Origin: Thermodesulfobacteriota bacterium
Lineage (GTDB): Bacteria; Desulfobacterota; Desulfarculia; JACQYL01
Direction of reading: 5' to 3'
DNA length: 64,000 bases
Assembly (NCBI GenBank): GCA_963675595.2
Contig: CAXXLZ010000002.1
Location: 1,888,001-1,952,000 of the forward strand
Numbering within the stretch: the stretch's first letter is position 1; each line of letters begins with the position of its first letter. Shown here one piece after another: positions 30,205 through 42,974 of the stretch. The translations under genes and the position numbers were made by a program. The notes beneath the pieces were generated by a model that was given only the letters and a program-made list of their open reading frames with translations, was not told the DNA's origin and did no database searches.

Positions 30205-31737
30205 TCACGCTCCGTTCTTGGAACTCAGCGTTTCCCGAATCGCGGCGAGCAGTTCTCGGCGCTCCTCGTCCTGCAGCTTGTCTCCCGACACCATCTTCCG
30301 CATCACGGATTCGTGTCGGTTCCTGAGCGCTTCCCGGATCAACCTTTCAGAGTCGGCAACGGCGTCCACGGCGAGATCGTCGAACACGCCTTCAACCGCG
30401 GCCAGCAGCACGGCGATCTGCTCGTCCGCGGGTATGGGGTCGTACTGTTTCTGCTTGAACACTTCACGCACCCGCCTGCCGTGTTCCAGAGTCTTCCGAG
30501 TTTCCTCGTCCAGACGAGTTCCGAACCGGGAAAAGCTCTCCAGCTCCTCGAACTGGGAATAGCTGAGCCTGAGGTCCCCGGCCACGGCCCGGTACGCCGG
30601 CAACTGCGTCTTCCCTCCCACTCTGGAAACGGATCTGCCCACATCCACTGCGGGGAGCACGCCTTTCCGGAACAGGGTGGGAGACAGATAGATTTGTCCG
30701 TCGGTGATGGAAATCAAATTGGTGGGAATGTACGCGGAAAGTTGCTGAGCCTGGGTTTCCACAATGGGCAGCGCGGTGAGGGAGCCGCCTCCCCGGTCCC
30801 GGGAAAGGTGCGTCGCCCGCTCGAGCAGGCGCGAATGAATATAAAACACGTCTCCCGGATAGGCTTCCCTGCCGGGAGGACGACGAAGCAGCAAGGAAAT
30901 TTCCCGGTACGCACGCGCATGTTGCGTGAGATCATCATAGATCACCAGGACGTCCCGTCCGTGTTCCATGAAGTATTCGCCCATGGCCGTGGCGGCATAG
31001 GGGGCGAGATACTGCATCCCCGGCGGGTCGTTTCCCTCCGTGACCACCACCGTGGAGTAGGCCAGGGCATCCCGCCTGCGCAGATCGTCGATCACTTTGG
31101 CCACGGAAGACGCCCGCTGGCCCACGGCGCAATAGATGCAAACCACGTCCTTGCCCCGCTGATTGATCACCGCGTCGACGGCGATCGCGGTCTTGCCGGT
31201 TTGCCGGTCCCCCAGGATGAGCTCCCGTTGTCCCCTCCCGATGGGGATCAAAGCATCCACCACTTTCAACCCGGTTTGCAGGGGCACGGTTACCGGATCC
31301 CGATCCATAATGGCAGGGGCGGCGCGTTCCATGGGAAACCGTTGGACGCCCCTGACGGGCTCCCCACCGTCCAAGGGTCTTCCCAACGGGTCCACCACCC
31401 GGCCCAACAAGGACTCCCCCACCGGAACATCCACTTCCCGACCCGTTCGGCGCACCGTGCTTCCCGCCTTGGCCGAAGGAGCGTCTTCAAGCAGGACAAT
31501 GCCCACCTCGTGCGGGTCCAAAGCGAAAGCCAGACCGGGCACGCCGTCGCCCACTACCACCAGCTCTTCGTACTTCACTCCCGGAAGGCCGGCGGCCCGG
31601 ACAATTCCCCCTCCCAAGAAAACGACCACTCCGATTTCTTCAGGGCGCAGTCGAGGCTCCGACTTCCGAACCGCTTCCTCGAAAACGGAAAAAGCCTCAC
31701 CCAGCGCACGCTGCAATGTGTCCGGGGGGGTCTTCAT
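30205..31737 (-). CDS. atpA: N-ATPase alpha subunit
   Basis: [47 protein letters not shown]. Confidence 0.97.
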   Translation of the reverse strand: MKTPPDTLQRALGEAFSVFEEAVRKSEPRLRPEEIGVVVFLGGGIVRAAGLPGVKYEELVVVGDGVPGLAFALDPHEVGIVLLEDAPSAKAGSTVRRTGREVDVPVGESLLGRVVDPLGRPLDGGEPVRGVQRFPMERAAPAIMDRDPVTVPLQTGLKVVDALIPIGRGQRELILGDRQTGKTAIAVDAVINQRGKDVVCIYCAVGQRASSVAKVIDDLRRRDALAYSTVVVTEGNDPPGMQYLAPYAATAMGEYFMEHGRDVLVIYDDLTQHARAYREISLLLRRPPGREAYPGDVFYIHSRLLERATHLSRDRGGGSLTALPIVETQAQQLSAYIPTNLISITDGQIYLSPTLFRKGVLPAVDVGRSVSRVGGKTQLPAYRAVAGDLRLSYSQFEELESFSRFGTRLDEETRKTLEHGRRVREVFKQKQYDPIPADEQIAVLLAAVEGVFDDLAVDAVADSERLIREALRNRHESVMRKMVSGDKLQDEERRELLAAIRETLSSKNGA

Positions 31738-32591
31738 CGGACGGCGTCCGAAACCGTCGAAACGGCCGAGTCGTCCCGGGCGGTCCGGTTTTCGTCATCT
31801 TCGAAACCGGTGGGCCTTGCCCCGCTCAATTCTTCGTCCATCATATCCGTCAGGTTTCGTTCGAGATTCTCCACATAGTCTTCCAGACTCCATCCCAATC
31901 TGTGGCCCCCGGATCGAACCCGTATGCCGCAGATCACGTCCGACGAGCTTTCGAAACGGACGTCTCCCTGCACTTTTGGAAACCGCTCTTTCAAAGCGTG
32001 TACGATCTTCTCCCTCTGTCGCTCATCCAGGTTGAAACCCGCGACGACCTCCAACCCGTCCACAGGAGGCTCCCATTTCGAGGAAGACTCGTCCGATCCC
32101 GGTGTCTCTTCGCTTTCTCGGAGTTTCCTGAGAAACACATCCACCAGGCGCCCCTCCAAGTCCTCGTCCGCCAAATCGTGGAGCGCCTTTCTCACGGAGT
32201 ACGCCAGTTCTTCCGCAGCTCGGCGTTTCAGGTCCAGGAGGAAGCTCTCTTTCTCCCCTTGCACCGCGTCCAGCCATTCCCGGCGAGTCTGTTCCACTTC
32301 CTCACGAGCCCGCGCCGTCAGATTCTCTTTCCGCTCCTCCGCTTCTCGTCGGGCTTCACTGAGAATCCTTTCCTTTTCCCGCTCGATCTCAGCCTGTTTT
32401 TCCCGGTAGGACTCCGCCTCCCGTTGGGCGGTTGCCTCGGCTTCCTCCGCCTCCCGCAATCGGTCGGCGATTCTGGTTTGTCGGGCGTCCATGGCCCGCA
32501 CCACGGGTCCGTACAGGAATTTCTTGAGCAGCGCCACCAGGATCAGGAAGTTGACGATCTGAGCGCCCACGGTGAACCAATCGATGAGCAC
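31734..32591 (-). CDS. atpF: N-ATPase b subunit, extended with a delta-like C-terminus
   Basis: [25 protein letters not shown], long coiled coil, ICGIRV...WSLEDY; GTG start at 32591. Confidence 0.92.
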   Translation of the reverse strand: MLIDWFTVGAQIVNFLILVALLKKFLYGPVVRAMDARQTRIADRLREAEEAEATAQREAESYREKQAEIEREKERILSEARREAEERKENLTARAREEVEQTRREWLDAVQGEKESFLLDLKRRAAEELAYSVRKALHDLADEDLEGRLVDVFLRKLRESEETPGSDESSSKWEPPVDGLEVVAGFNLDERQREKIVHALKERFPKVQGDVRFESSSDVICGIRVRSGGHRLGWSLEDYVENLERNLTDMMDEELSGARPTGFEDDENRTARDDSAVSTVSDAVR

Positions 32592-32593
32592 GC

Positions 32594-32872
32594 TTATCCT
32601 CCGGCCTGCGCGACCACATGATTCCAGAAGGGATTGGCGAATATCAGAATCATGGCGACCACGAAGCAATAAATGGCGGTGGATTCCACCATGGCCAGAC
32701 CCACGAACAAGGTCCGCGTGATGGTGGCGGATTCGTCGGGCTGCTGTGCGATGGACTCAAGCGCTTGGGCCAGAGCCCTTCCTTCTCCGAGCGCCGGTCC
32801 CACCGACCCGATGGCGATGGTAAGACCCGCGGTCACAACGGAGATCATTCCAATCAGACTCACTTGATCCAC
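32594..32872 (-). CDS. atpE: N-ATPase c subunit with Na+-type ligands
   Basis: GPALGEG in helix 1, AQQP loop, MVESTAIY in helix 2. Confidence 0.96.
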   Translation of the reverse strand: MDQVSLIGMISVVTAGLTIAIGSVGPALGEGRALAQALESIAQQPDESATITRTLFVGLAMVESTAIYCFVVAMILIFANPFWNHVVAQAGG

Positions 32873-32889
32873 GAGACGATTCTCCTTCT

Positions 32890-33585
32890 TTATTCTTTCG
32901 GTTTCGTGCCTTCGCCGTCTTCACGACGTTTCACCGCGGCGCCGATGTACACGGTCGTCAGCACGGCAAAGATATACGCCTGGATCATGCCGGTGAGCAG
33001 TCCGAAAGCCCTCATGATCACGGGAAAAATGAGAGGCGATACGGCAAGCAGAATGCCGACGATCATCGTACCGCTCATAATATTGCCGAACAGGCGCACC
33101 GCCAAAGCCAAAGTCCGTGAAAGCTCACCCATGATATTGAAAGGCAACATGAAGACGGAAGGCTGGACGTAGAATTTGAGATATCCGAGGAATCCCCGTT
33201 CACCGATCCCGTATGCGGGCACCGCTACAAAAACGCATGCGGCCAGAGCGGCGGCCGTGGACAAGGAACCCGTGGGCGCCTGATAGAACGGTACAATATC
33301 CAAAAGGTTGCACACCGCGATGAACAGAAACACCGTGCCGATGAACGGCAGGTATTTGCTCGAACTTTCCCTGGCGACCTGGCCGATCTCTCCTTGCATG
33401 TATTGCACGACGATCTCCAGAAGATTCTGGAATCTCGAGATATTGGGACCGGTGGTCAGTCTGCGGGTGATCAGGAACGATCCCACCACCATGATCAGCA
33501 TGACCAGCCAGGAAAACAGGATGGTGGCGTTGAGGGAAACGATCCCCCATTGCCAAATTACGATTCCGTCGGGAGTAATCTGCAT
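32890..33585 (-). CDS. atpB: N-ATPase a subunit
   Basis: PFNIMGELSRTLALAVRLFGNIMSG, GMIQAYIFAVL; start set at ATG 33585. Confidence 0.95.
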   Translation of the reverse strand: MQITPDGIVIWQWGIVSLNATILFSWLVMLIMVVGSFLITRRLTTGPNISRFQNLLEIVVQYMQGEIGQVARESSSKYLPFIGTVFLFIAVCNLLDIVPFYQAPTGSLSTAAALAACVFVAVPAYGIGERGFLGYLKFYVQPSVFMLPFNIMGELSRTLALAVRLFGNIMSGTMIVGILLAVSPLIFPVIMRAFGLLTGMIQAYIFAVLTTVYIGAAVKRREDGEGTKPKE

Positions 33586-33700
33586 GGTGCTTTTCCGGCT
33601 CTCCTCTCGGACGAACGACGGTACGACGTCGTCCTCGGAGTCACATCGCAAAAAGGTTCGCCGCCTCCGTCCCCTGTGCCTTCGGTACGGCCTTATCTCT

Positions 33701-33991
33701 TCACTTGGGCTCATCCAAAGCGGGTTTCAGGAGACGCACCGTGACTTCCCTGGCCAGAAAGAAACCGGCCACCGCCACTGCGGTCCACCACCAACGATGG
33801 GCCGCGAGGAACGCGAAAACCGCCAAGACTACGCCCGTGCGCAGCACGAAACTCAGTCCCAGGAGTCGGCCGGGCTTGCGCACCCGACGCAGTCTCCTCA
33901 CCGTAGCCCAGAGCCCTCCGAAATAGAAGACGCCCAGCGCGATTCCAACGACCAGCACGGCAACTAGTTCCATGAGTTGGGAAGCGGTCAC
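33701..33991 (-). CDS. atpR: N-ATPase AtpR subunit
   Basis: Small three-TM protein with YFGGLWATVR and SFVLR, located between atpQ and atpB. Confidence 0.88.
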   Translation of the reverse strand: MTASQLMELVAVLVVGIALGVFYFGGLWATVRRLRRVRKPGRLLGLSFVLRTGVVLAVFAFLAAHRWWWTAVAVAGFFLAREVTVRLLKPALDEPK

Positions 33992-34303
33992 TTTTTCTCA
34001 CTCTCCCGTTTAACCCAATACCAGGCGTTGAGGCATCCCAGCGCCACACCCGCCACCAGGCAGGTCAAAGTCCAGGATATACGGCCGGGATAAGTCATAT
34101 CGAGCCACACACCCACCGCGATGCCCGCCACGGAAGGAATGGCCACGGACCATCCCACCAGCCCGAACATGCCCAGTCCGAACCAGACCTCGCGTCCCTT
34201 GGAGGCCCGCCCCTCGGATTTTCTTTCTTCTTGGTGAATCACTCGGGAACGGACCCGTTCTTCGTGCCGGCGATACTTGGGCTTGGATTCGGGACCGGTC
34301 TTG

Positions 34304-34311
<8 letters not shown>
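33988..34311 (-). CDS. atpQ: N-ATPase AtpQ (AtpZ/AtpI-like) protein
   Basis: WFGLGMFGLVGWSVAIP, GVWLD, GCLNAWYWV. Confidence 0.88.
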
Positions 34312-36128
<1,817 letters not shown>

Positions 36129-36328
36129 TTACCATACTCCACTCCGGCCTTGACGACCCGCGCCCGGCCCATTCTTTTGGTGCTGCATTCCCGGTACGGT
36201 CGGACAGTACATCCCAACCGAGCACCGGCCCCTCGGCGACCCCAAACACCCGTATATTGTCTCCGCCCCCGGGCTTCGAGTCAAAGGGTCTTATTCCGTC
36301 GTGCGAAATCCGGGGCTGTACGGGCTGT

Positions 36329-39300
36329 TCACGTAAGTTCTTCCTCTTTGATTCCGAAGAAGAACGAGTACAGCACCGGGACGACCAGCAAGGTCAGCAC
36401 GGTGCCGAAGGTCAGCCCACCCACAATGGTGACGGCCATACCCACGAAGAATACGTCTTTGAACAACGGGATCATGCCCAGGACCGTGGTAAGGGAGGCC
36501 ATGGTAACGGGACGCAGGCGACTCACCGCCGAGTCGAGCACGGCCGTATGCGCCGCTTTTCCGGAACGAATCTCAAGATCGATCTGGTCTATAAGCACCA
36601 CGGCGTTCTTGATGATCATACCGGAGAGACCCAAGTAACCCAGAATGCACATGAACCCGAAAGGCAGCCCGGTGAGCAGCAATCCCGCGGTGACCCCGAT
36701 GCTCATCAAAGGCAGGCACAGGAAGATGATGAGCGTTTGGCGGACCGCGTTGAACATCACCACCACGGTGAAGACCATGGCCAGGAAGAAAACCGGCACC
36801 ATTTGAAACAGTCCTTTCTGCGCGTCCACCGTGCTTTCATAGTCTCCTCCCCATTCCAGCGCATATCCCACCGGAAGGGGGATGGCTTCGATCCGGGGAC
36901 GAAGGCGTTCCAGGAGCACACTCGGGTTGCCCACCAAAGGGTTGCATTGGGCCGTTATGGTCCGCCTGCGGTTGAGACGGCGAATGACGGGGTCCTCCCA
37001 CCGCGTATCCATGCCGGCGACGATCTGAAGCAGTGGGACCGCCTTGCCCGTGACCGGGCTGAATACCACGATATCCCTCATGTCTTCCACGGCTTCCCGC
37101 TCTTCCTCGGGAGCCCGTACAATCATGGGAATCAGCTTGTCGTCCTCGCGATAGACGCCCACGGTCTTTCCGGAAAAATTCATGGCCGACGCGCCGGCGA
37201 TCTGCGACCGGGTGATACCCAGGCGCCGGGCCGCCGCTTCATCCACCCGGGGCCTCAGCACGGGTACGGGCTCCCTCCAATCGCTTCGAATGTCCACGGC
37301 CAGGGGATCCGCCGCCATCACGGCCTCGGCCTCCTTGCACAAACGCCGAAGAACCTTCGGGTCCGGTCCGCTGAATCGTGCCTCGATATCGGAGCCTTGA
37401 CCCGGACCGCGCCTGAATTTCTTCAGTTCGAAATTCGCATTGGGAAAGTGGGTCGGAATGTAGCCGCGCAAGCCGTCAATCAGGGAATCGATGGTTCTGT
37501 GGTCCTTCACCGTAGCGAGAATCTGACCGTACGCGGGGTTCGGCATTTCCGGTTCATAGGTGAGAACAAAGCGCAACGCCCCCCGGCCCATGAACGTCGT
37601 GGTTGCGGCTACCTCGTCCAAGCCTACCAAGTAGGTCTCAAGCCTCCGAAGGTCTTCGGAAACGTCTGCGATGTGCGTGCCCTCCGCACGCCAAAAATTG
37701 ACCATGAACTGATTTCGGCTGTCGTTGGGAAACAGGTTGGTTTCGATGCGACTGAACCCCGCCAGGGCGGCGATCAGGACCACGATGAGCCCAACCAGAA
37801 ACAGGGAACGGTGATGCAGGCAAAGATGAAGAATACGCCGATAGGCCTGGTAGATGCGGCCTCCATAAGGGTCCGAAGCTTGGTCGGCGGGGATTTTTCT
37901 CAGGAATTGTATGCAGAAAAGGGGCGTCAAAGTGATGGCCAGCACCCAACTCAATCCCAGGGACAAAGCCATGACCTGGAACAGGCTTTTGAGAAATTCC
38001 CCGGTGGTATCTTCGGAGGTACCGATGGCGGCGAAGGCCAGGACCGCCACCAAGGTGGCGCCCAACAGCGGCCAGGCGGTTTGGGAGACGGTTTCGAGGG
38101 CGGCGGCCCTCCTGCCCGTGCCCTGCCGGACCCGGACCAGGATGCCTTCGGTAACCACGATGGCGTTATCCACCAGCATACCCAGGGCAAGGATGAGGGC
38201 TCCCAGAGAAATCAGCTGAAAATCCACCGCCAGGAGCTTCATGCCGATGAACGTACCGAAGATGGTCAGGAGCAGAATGGCTCCCATGAGCAGTCCGCTC
38301 GCCAACCCCATGGTCGCGCACAGCACGAAGATGACGATGGCCACGGCCTCCACGAGGTTGACGATAAACGCCTTCACCGAGTCGGCCACCAACTCGGACT
38401 GATACGCGATGAAATCCAGTTCCACGCCCACCGGTATTTTACTCATCAACTCATTGATGCGGCGGCCCACGGCCTCTCCCATGTCCACCACGTTCCCTCC
38501 GTCCACGGTAGAGATGCCCAGGCCCAGGGCGGGCTTGCCGTTGTGGCGCAGCATCCAGGTCGGCGGGTCCTGATAGGTCCTGCGGATGGTCACCAAATCC
38601 TTGAGGTAGATCAGGTTGCCGTGCCCGTCGCTTTGCACGAACAGGTTTCCCAGGTCGTCAACCGACTGGAATTCACCGGTGGGATTAAGGCGGATATAAT
38701 CGTGGCCGACTTTCACTTTCCCCGCGGACGTCACCATGTTCTGCCCGCCGATAGTGTTCAGGATCGAATCCATGGAAATGCCCAATTCGGCCATGCGGGC
38801 CCGCGACAACTCCAGTTCAATGGTTTCCCCCTGATCGCCCCAAAGCTCCACACCGGCCACCCCCCGCACCAGAAGGAGCTCCCGCTGAAGGAAATCCGCG
38901 GCCTCCTTGAGTTCCTCATAACTGAAGCCCTCCCCCGTCAAGGCGAAGAACACGCCGTACACGTCGCCGAAATCATCGTTGACTATGGAGGGCCCCGCCC
39001 CGGAGGGAAGCAGTGCTTGAGCGTCGGATATTTTGCGGCGAAGTTCATCCCAAATTTGGGGTATGGCGCTGGAATCGTATTTGTCTTTGATATCCACATA
39101 GATGATTGAAGAACCGGCACGCGAGATGGAGCGGACCTTCTTGATCTGGGAGAGCTGCTGTACCGCTTTCTCCAGCCGGTCCGTGACCTCCGGTTCCACC
39201 TCTTCGGCCGAAGCGCCGGGGTAGGCGGTGGACACCAGGGCCGTCTTGATGGTGAATGTCGGAAATTCCAGTTTGCCCACCTTTTCATAGGCCCACACTC

Positions 39301-39373
39301 CGCCGCCGACGAGAATCAGAATCACGAAATAGGCAACGGTCTTTTTGGAAATCGCGTATTCGGTGACCTTCAT
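36329..39373 (-). CDS. RND efflux permease (AcrB/AcrD/AcrF family)
   Basis: 1014 aa; YPGASAEEVE, GMLVDNAIVV, GMIIKNAVVL, SRLRPVTM, VVPVLY. Confidence 0.95.
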   Translation of the reverse strand: MKVTEYAISKKTVAYFVILILVGGGVWAYEKVGKLEFPTFTIKTALVSTAYPGASAEEVEPEVTDRLEKAVQQLSQIKKVRSISRAGSSIIYVDIKDKYDSSAIPQIWDELRRKISDAQALLPSGAGPSIVNDDFGDVYGVFFALTGEGFSYEELKEAADFLQRELLLVRGVAGVELWGDQGETIELELSRARMAELGISMDSILNTIGGQNMVTSAGKVKVGHDYIRLNPTGEFQSVDDLGNLFVQSDGHGNLIYLKDLVTIRRTYQDPPTWMLRHNGKPALGLGISTVDGGNVVDMGEAVGRRINELMSKIPVGVELDFIAYQSELVADSVKAFIVNLVEAVAIVIFVLCATMGLASGLLMGAILLLTIFGTFIGMKLLAVDFQLISLGALILALGMLVDNAIVVTEGILVRVRQGTGRRAAALETVSQTAWPLLGATLVAVLAFAAIGTSEDTTGEFLKSLFQVMALSLGLSWVLAITLTPLFCIQFLRKIPADQASDPYGGRIYQAYRRILHLCLHHRSLFLVGLIVVLIAALAGFSRIETNLFPNDSRNQFMVNFWRAEGTHIADVSEDLRRLETYLVGLDEVAATTTFMGRGALRFVLTYEPEMPNPAYGQILATVKDHRTIDSLIDGLRGYIPTHFPNANFELKKFRRGPGQGSDIEARFSGPDPKVLRRLCKEAEAVMAADPLAVDIRSDWREPVPVLRPRVDEAAARRLGITRSQIAGASAMNFSGKTVGVYREDDKLIPMIVRAPEEEREAVEDMRDIVVFSPVTGKAVPLLQIVAGMDTRWEDPVIRRLNRRRTITAQCNPLVGNPSVLLERLRPRIEAIPLPVGYALEWGGDYESTVDAQKGLFQMVPVFFLAMVFTVVVMFNAVRQTLIIFLCLPLMSIGVTAGLLLTGLPFGFMCILGYLGLSGMIIKNAVVLIDQIDLEIRSGKAAHTAVLDSAVSRLRPVTMASLTTVLGMIPLFKDVFFVGMAVTIVGGLTFGTVLTLLVVPVLYSFFFGIKEEELT

Positions 39374-40688
39374 GGACGGTCCCTCGAATCTTCGTCGAGA
39401 AGCCGCACTTCCTGTTCCTCCCGGAGAAACCGGGCCCCGGCCGTGACCAGCCGATCACCCGGCGAAAGGCCGGAAACCACGCCAACGGCGTCTCCACTGA
39501 GACCCGCGGTGACGACCCTTGTTTTCCGGACACGGTAGGTCGTGGGGTCGATGCGCCAAACGGCGGGATGTCCTTCCGCATCGGCGAACACCGCAGCGGT
39601 CGGCACCACGAAGCCGGTGTCCCCCTCTCCCGTCCTCCCGAGGGAAACGCTCACCATGGCGGCCATTCCGGGTTCCACGATCACCTCGTCGGGAACATGT
39701 AGAATCACGGTCATGGGATAACTCTGGTTGGCGCTGTCGGTCTTGCGCCCGATCTCCTTTAGAGTCGCCTGGAAACGACGATTGGCATAGGCGCTGAGCG
39801 TGCAGCGGATTTCGGCGAACGATGCCCTACGGATGACCAGGTCTTCAGGCACGGTGGTACGCACTTCCACATCGGAAAGATCGAGAAGGGACAGGACGGG
39901 AACTCCGGCGTCCACGTTTTCGTGGTTCTCCAGGTACTTGCGATTGACCACCCCGTCGAAGGGAGCCTTGAGCTTGGTGTCGTCCAAGGCGTTTTTCGCG
40001 GCCCGCAGGTCTGCGGTCAATCGTTGGATTCCCGCCTCGGCGGCTTCGATATCTTCGGCGCGTGCGCCGCTCCGGGCCTTCGTCAATTCTTGTATGCGAG
40101 CGTCCACCGTTGCCTTGGCCGTATGATACGCGGCCTCGGCTTCATCGAATCGAGCTTGTGAGATGACTTCATTGGACAGCAGTTTCTTCAATCGATCGAA
40201 ATTCTTTTCCGCTTCGGTGAATCGGGCTCGAGCCGCGGCCAGTTCGCCTCCAATGCGGCCACGTCCTCCGCCCGCGCGCCGGCACGCATGGCTTTGAGCG
40301 CCGCACGGGCTTCATCCAGGGAAGCCGTCAAACGCTTCACGTTGACCTGAAAATCCCTTGGATCGATTCGAGCAAGCTCTTCGCCCTGTTCCACCCGCCG
40401 GCCGATGCGAACGTTCAGCTCGATCAAAGGCCCGCTCACCCGAAAGGCTAGGTCGGCTTCAGACGCCGCCTGGACCAACCCGGGAAACACGCGGGTTTCA
40501 GACGCGGTCGTTTCAGACAAAACCATGCTCTTCACGGGTCGAGCCGTGGGTGCGGAAGCTGCCGTTTTGTCTTCCGGGCTTCCGCAGCGGTGGAACCACA
40601 CGAGCCCCGCGACCAGCAGGATCCCGAATGCCGCGAGTCCCGCGACGATCCTTTTCCTCCTATTGAAGATCGGATTCTTGCCGTTCAC
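39370..40688 (-). pseudogene. RND periplasmic adaptor (MFP) split by a single-base frameshift near 40243; real lesion or sequencing error
   Basis: ORFs 40188-40688 (LAFRVSGPL, ARIDP) and 39370-40191 (LKAPFDG, VVPTAAV, GLSPGDRLV) join if one A is added to GAG GCG AA(A) CTG GCC, giving EAKLAAARARFTEAEKNF. Confidence 0.85.
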
Positions 40689-41004
40689 GGTTGCATTTCC
40701 TCTGTTTGCACGTGAGTCTGCCTTCCTCGGTCAACACATAATGATTGATCAGGCCGAACTCCGAAAAAGCCGAAGCCAGCCGCACTCCCAGGGGGCTCTT
40801 GCCCGCTCCGAAGATGTCCCCGTGACGATGAATGATGACGCAGAGATCGTTACGCAAGACCATGTCCCGATACAGTGCGATCTCTACGAGTTCGTCGTCG
40901 CACTCGGACAAGGTCAGTTGATGAAAGGAGGCAAGGGCCTCGTCCGCGACGACTTGCGAATAAGACCGTAGATGCACGATTTCAATCCAATCCATGGCCG
41001 GCAT
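40660..41004 (-). CDS. Small hypothetical protein, first gene of the RND operon
   Basis: ATG 41004 after AAGGA; WIEIVHLRS...KSPLGVRLASAFSEFGLINHYV. The ORF-track TTG start falls inside the sigma54 promoter. Confidence 0.7.
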   Translation of the reverse strand: MPAMDWIEIVHLRSYSQVVADEALASFHQLTLSECDDELVEIALYRDMVLRNDLCVIIHRHGDIFGAGKSPLGVRLASAFSEFGLINHYVLTEEGRLTCKQRKCNRERQESDLQ

Positions 41005-41053
41005 GGTTTTCCTTTTTCCGCCAAAAGCGGCTTCGGTTTTTTGGGGAAGGAGA

Positions 41054-41070
41054 TGCCGGAATCGTGCCAA
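41054..41070 (-). promoter_or_regulatory. sigma54 -24/-12 promoter of the RND operon
   Basis: Minus strand TTGGCACGATTCCGGCA = TGGCACG with GG-N10-GC. Confidence 0.8.
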
Positions 41071-41086
41071 ATATATTCCGATTTTA

Positions 41087-41099
41087 AATCAAGCAGTTA
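41087..41099 (+). promoter_or_regulatory. IHF binding site
   Basis: AATCAAGCAGTTA matches WATCAANNNNTTR exactly and lies between the promoter and the upstream palindrome. Confidence 0.75.
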
Positions 41100-41119
41100 G
41101 AAAGACTCGCCCACTCAAT

Positions 41120-41156
41120 CCGTCACATATGAAAGTATGTCTTTCATATGTGACGG
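41120..41156. promoter_or_regulatory. Upstream activating sequence: perfect 16-bp inverted repeat
   Basis: CCGTCACATATGAAAG-TATGT-CTTTCATATGTGACGG; a third related site TGTTACATATGAA at 41172. Confidence 0.75.
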
Positions 41157-41224
41157 GAAAGAGGTAAACTCTGTTACATATGAAGGTGTCACCGGCGGGT
41201 CACGCGCTCGGGGAGGGGGAGGCG

Positions 41225-42814
41225 ATGAGCTCGAAAGAGACGAATACCATGGTGGACGAAAATGACTTCTTCCGGCAGGCGACATTGCGGATCGCCGGCA
41301 GCCTGAACATAGAAATCGCCATGAAGCGATGTCTGGATTTCCTCAAGACGCACATCCCGGCGTCGGGTATGCTGTTTGCCCTATACGATCCGGGCCTCAA
41401 CGTGGGAAAGATTCTCGCATTTATCGGTCTCTCCGATTTCAAGAAACCGGACGAGACCATCTCCATGCCCATGGAATTCCGGCACTGGTTCACGGAGAGA
41501 TGGAACCAAGATCCGGGAATCACGATCATCAACGACGTCGACCTCGAAGAACCTCCCGTTCGAAAGATATTGTCATTTCTTTGGCCCCCGGAAACCTCCC
41601 ATCTCATGATGGACCTGGAACTGGAGAAGAAACGGCTCGGCAATCTGAATCTGTTCGTAGAGGGCAAGAACCGGTACAACGAATATCACGGCCGGCTCCT
41701 TTCACTCCTGCACGAGCCCTTTGCCGTGGCCTTATCCAACATCCTCCAACATCAGGAGATTCAACGGCTCAAAGACCTGTTGGCGGATGACAACCGGTAT
41801 CTTCATCAGGAAATGCACAGGATCACGGGCGATACGATCATCGGCGCCAACTTCGGGCTCAAGACCACCATGGAAATGGTGAGTCAGGTCGCTCCGCTGG
41901 ACAGCCCGGTGCTCCTGTTGGGAGACACCGGCGTGGGCAAAGAAGTCATCGCCAATGCCATCCACTTCTCCTCCAAACGCAGAAACGGCCCCTACATTAC
42001 GGTGAACTGCGGAGCCATCCCGGAGACCCTCATCGACAGCGAACTGTTCGGTCATGAAAGAGGCGCTTTCACCGGGGCCATATCCAAGAAACGGGGACGT
42101 TTCGAGCGGGCCCATACCGGCACGATCTTTCTCGACGAGATCGGCGACCTTCCTCCGGCCGCGCAGGTTCGCCTGCTTCGGGTACTCCAACAGCGTGAGT
42201 TCGAAAGGGTCGGCGGTACGGAAACCATCTCCGTGGACGTGCGCGTCATCAGCGCCACCAACCGAAATCTGGAAGCCATGGTACGTTCCGGTCGGTTTCG
42301 GGAAGATCTGTGGTTCCGGCTCAACGTGTTTCCCATCGCCATCCCCCCCCTGCGACGCCGCAGCGAGGACATTCCGGCCCTGGTCATTCACTTCCTGGAA
42401 CGCAAATGCAGAGAGCTGAAGATACGAAACCTCCCCTCCCCGGCTCCGGGAGTGTTGGACAGACTCCAGGCATACGATTGGCCGGGCAATGTGCGCGAGT
42501 TGGAAAACCTGGTGGAACGGGAACTGATTCTTCACCAAATCACGGGCGGCGAAGGACTTCTGCGATTCGAGACCCTATCGGCGTCCGCGGTTGCGGACAA
42601 CCGCCCCACGGCCCTGCGCCCGAGCGAAGAAGTGCTCCCGCTGAATCAGGTAATACGGAGTCATATGGAAAAAGCGTTGCGCCGTTCGGGAGGCAGGGTG
42701 GAAGGCAAACATGGAGCCGCCCGGATGTTGGGTCTCCATCCGAGCACGTTGCGCGCCCGCATGAGAAAGTTGGGAATCTCCTTCGGAAGAGGGGTGATGC
42801 AGGAGGAACCTTGA
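41225..42814 (+). CDS. sigma54-dependent enhancer-binding protein (GAF-like sensor, AAA+, Fis HTH)
   Basis: GDTGVGKE, SELFGHERGAFTGA, FLDEIGD, FREDLWFRLNV, WPGNVREL, GAARMLGLHPSTLRARM. Confidence 0.95.
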   Translation: MSSKETNTMVDENDFFRQATLRIAGSLNIEIAMKRCLDFLKTHIPASGMLFALYDPGLNVGKILAFIGLSDFKKPDETISMPMEFRHWFTERWNQDPGITIINDVDLEEPPVRKILSFLWPPETSHLMMDLELEKKRLGNLNLFVEGKNRYNEYHGRLLSLLHEPFAVALSNILQHQEIQRLKDLLADDNRYLHQEMHRITGDTIIGANFGLKTTMEMVSQVAPLDSPVLLLGDTGVGKEVIANAIHFSSKRRNGPYITVNCGAIPETLIDSELFGHERGAFTGAISKKRGRFERAHTGTIFLDEIGDLPPAAQVRLLRVLQQREFERVGGTETISVDVRVISATNRNLEAMVRSGRFREDLWFRLNVFPIAIPPLRRRSEDIPALVIHFLERKCRELKIRNLPSPAPGVLDRLQAYDWPGNVRELENLVERELILHQITGGEGLLRFETLSASAVADNRPTALRPSEEVLPLNQVIRSHMEKALRRSGGRVEGKHGAARMLGLHPSTLRARMRKLGISFGRGVMQEEP

Positions 42815-42974
42815 TCTCAGTCCGGTTGACCCGGAGTTCACGCAGCCCTTTCTTGAAAATCCGTCGGGCGTATATGGAGAAACGGAGGTTCTCGGCTCCG
42901 TCGGACGGCGGAAGTCCGCAATCCCGGCGCGGCCCGACGAAGGGGAATTACCGTCCGTTTCGGCACTCAATCGA

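Noticed and set aside
36257-39109. 950-aa plus-strand ORF, and other long antisense ORFs such as 1772-3328, 30163-31878 and 57905-59509
   Set aside because: Shadow frames of well-supported genes on the opposite strand in GC-rich DNA; His/Gln/Arg-rich with no motifs.
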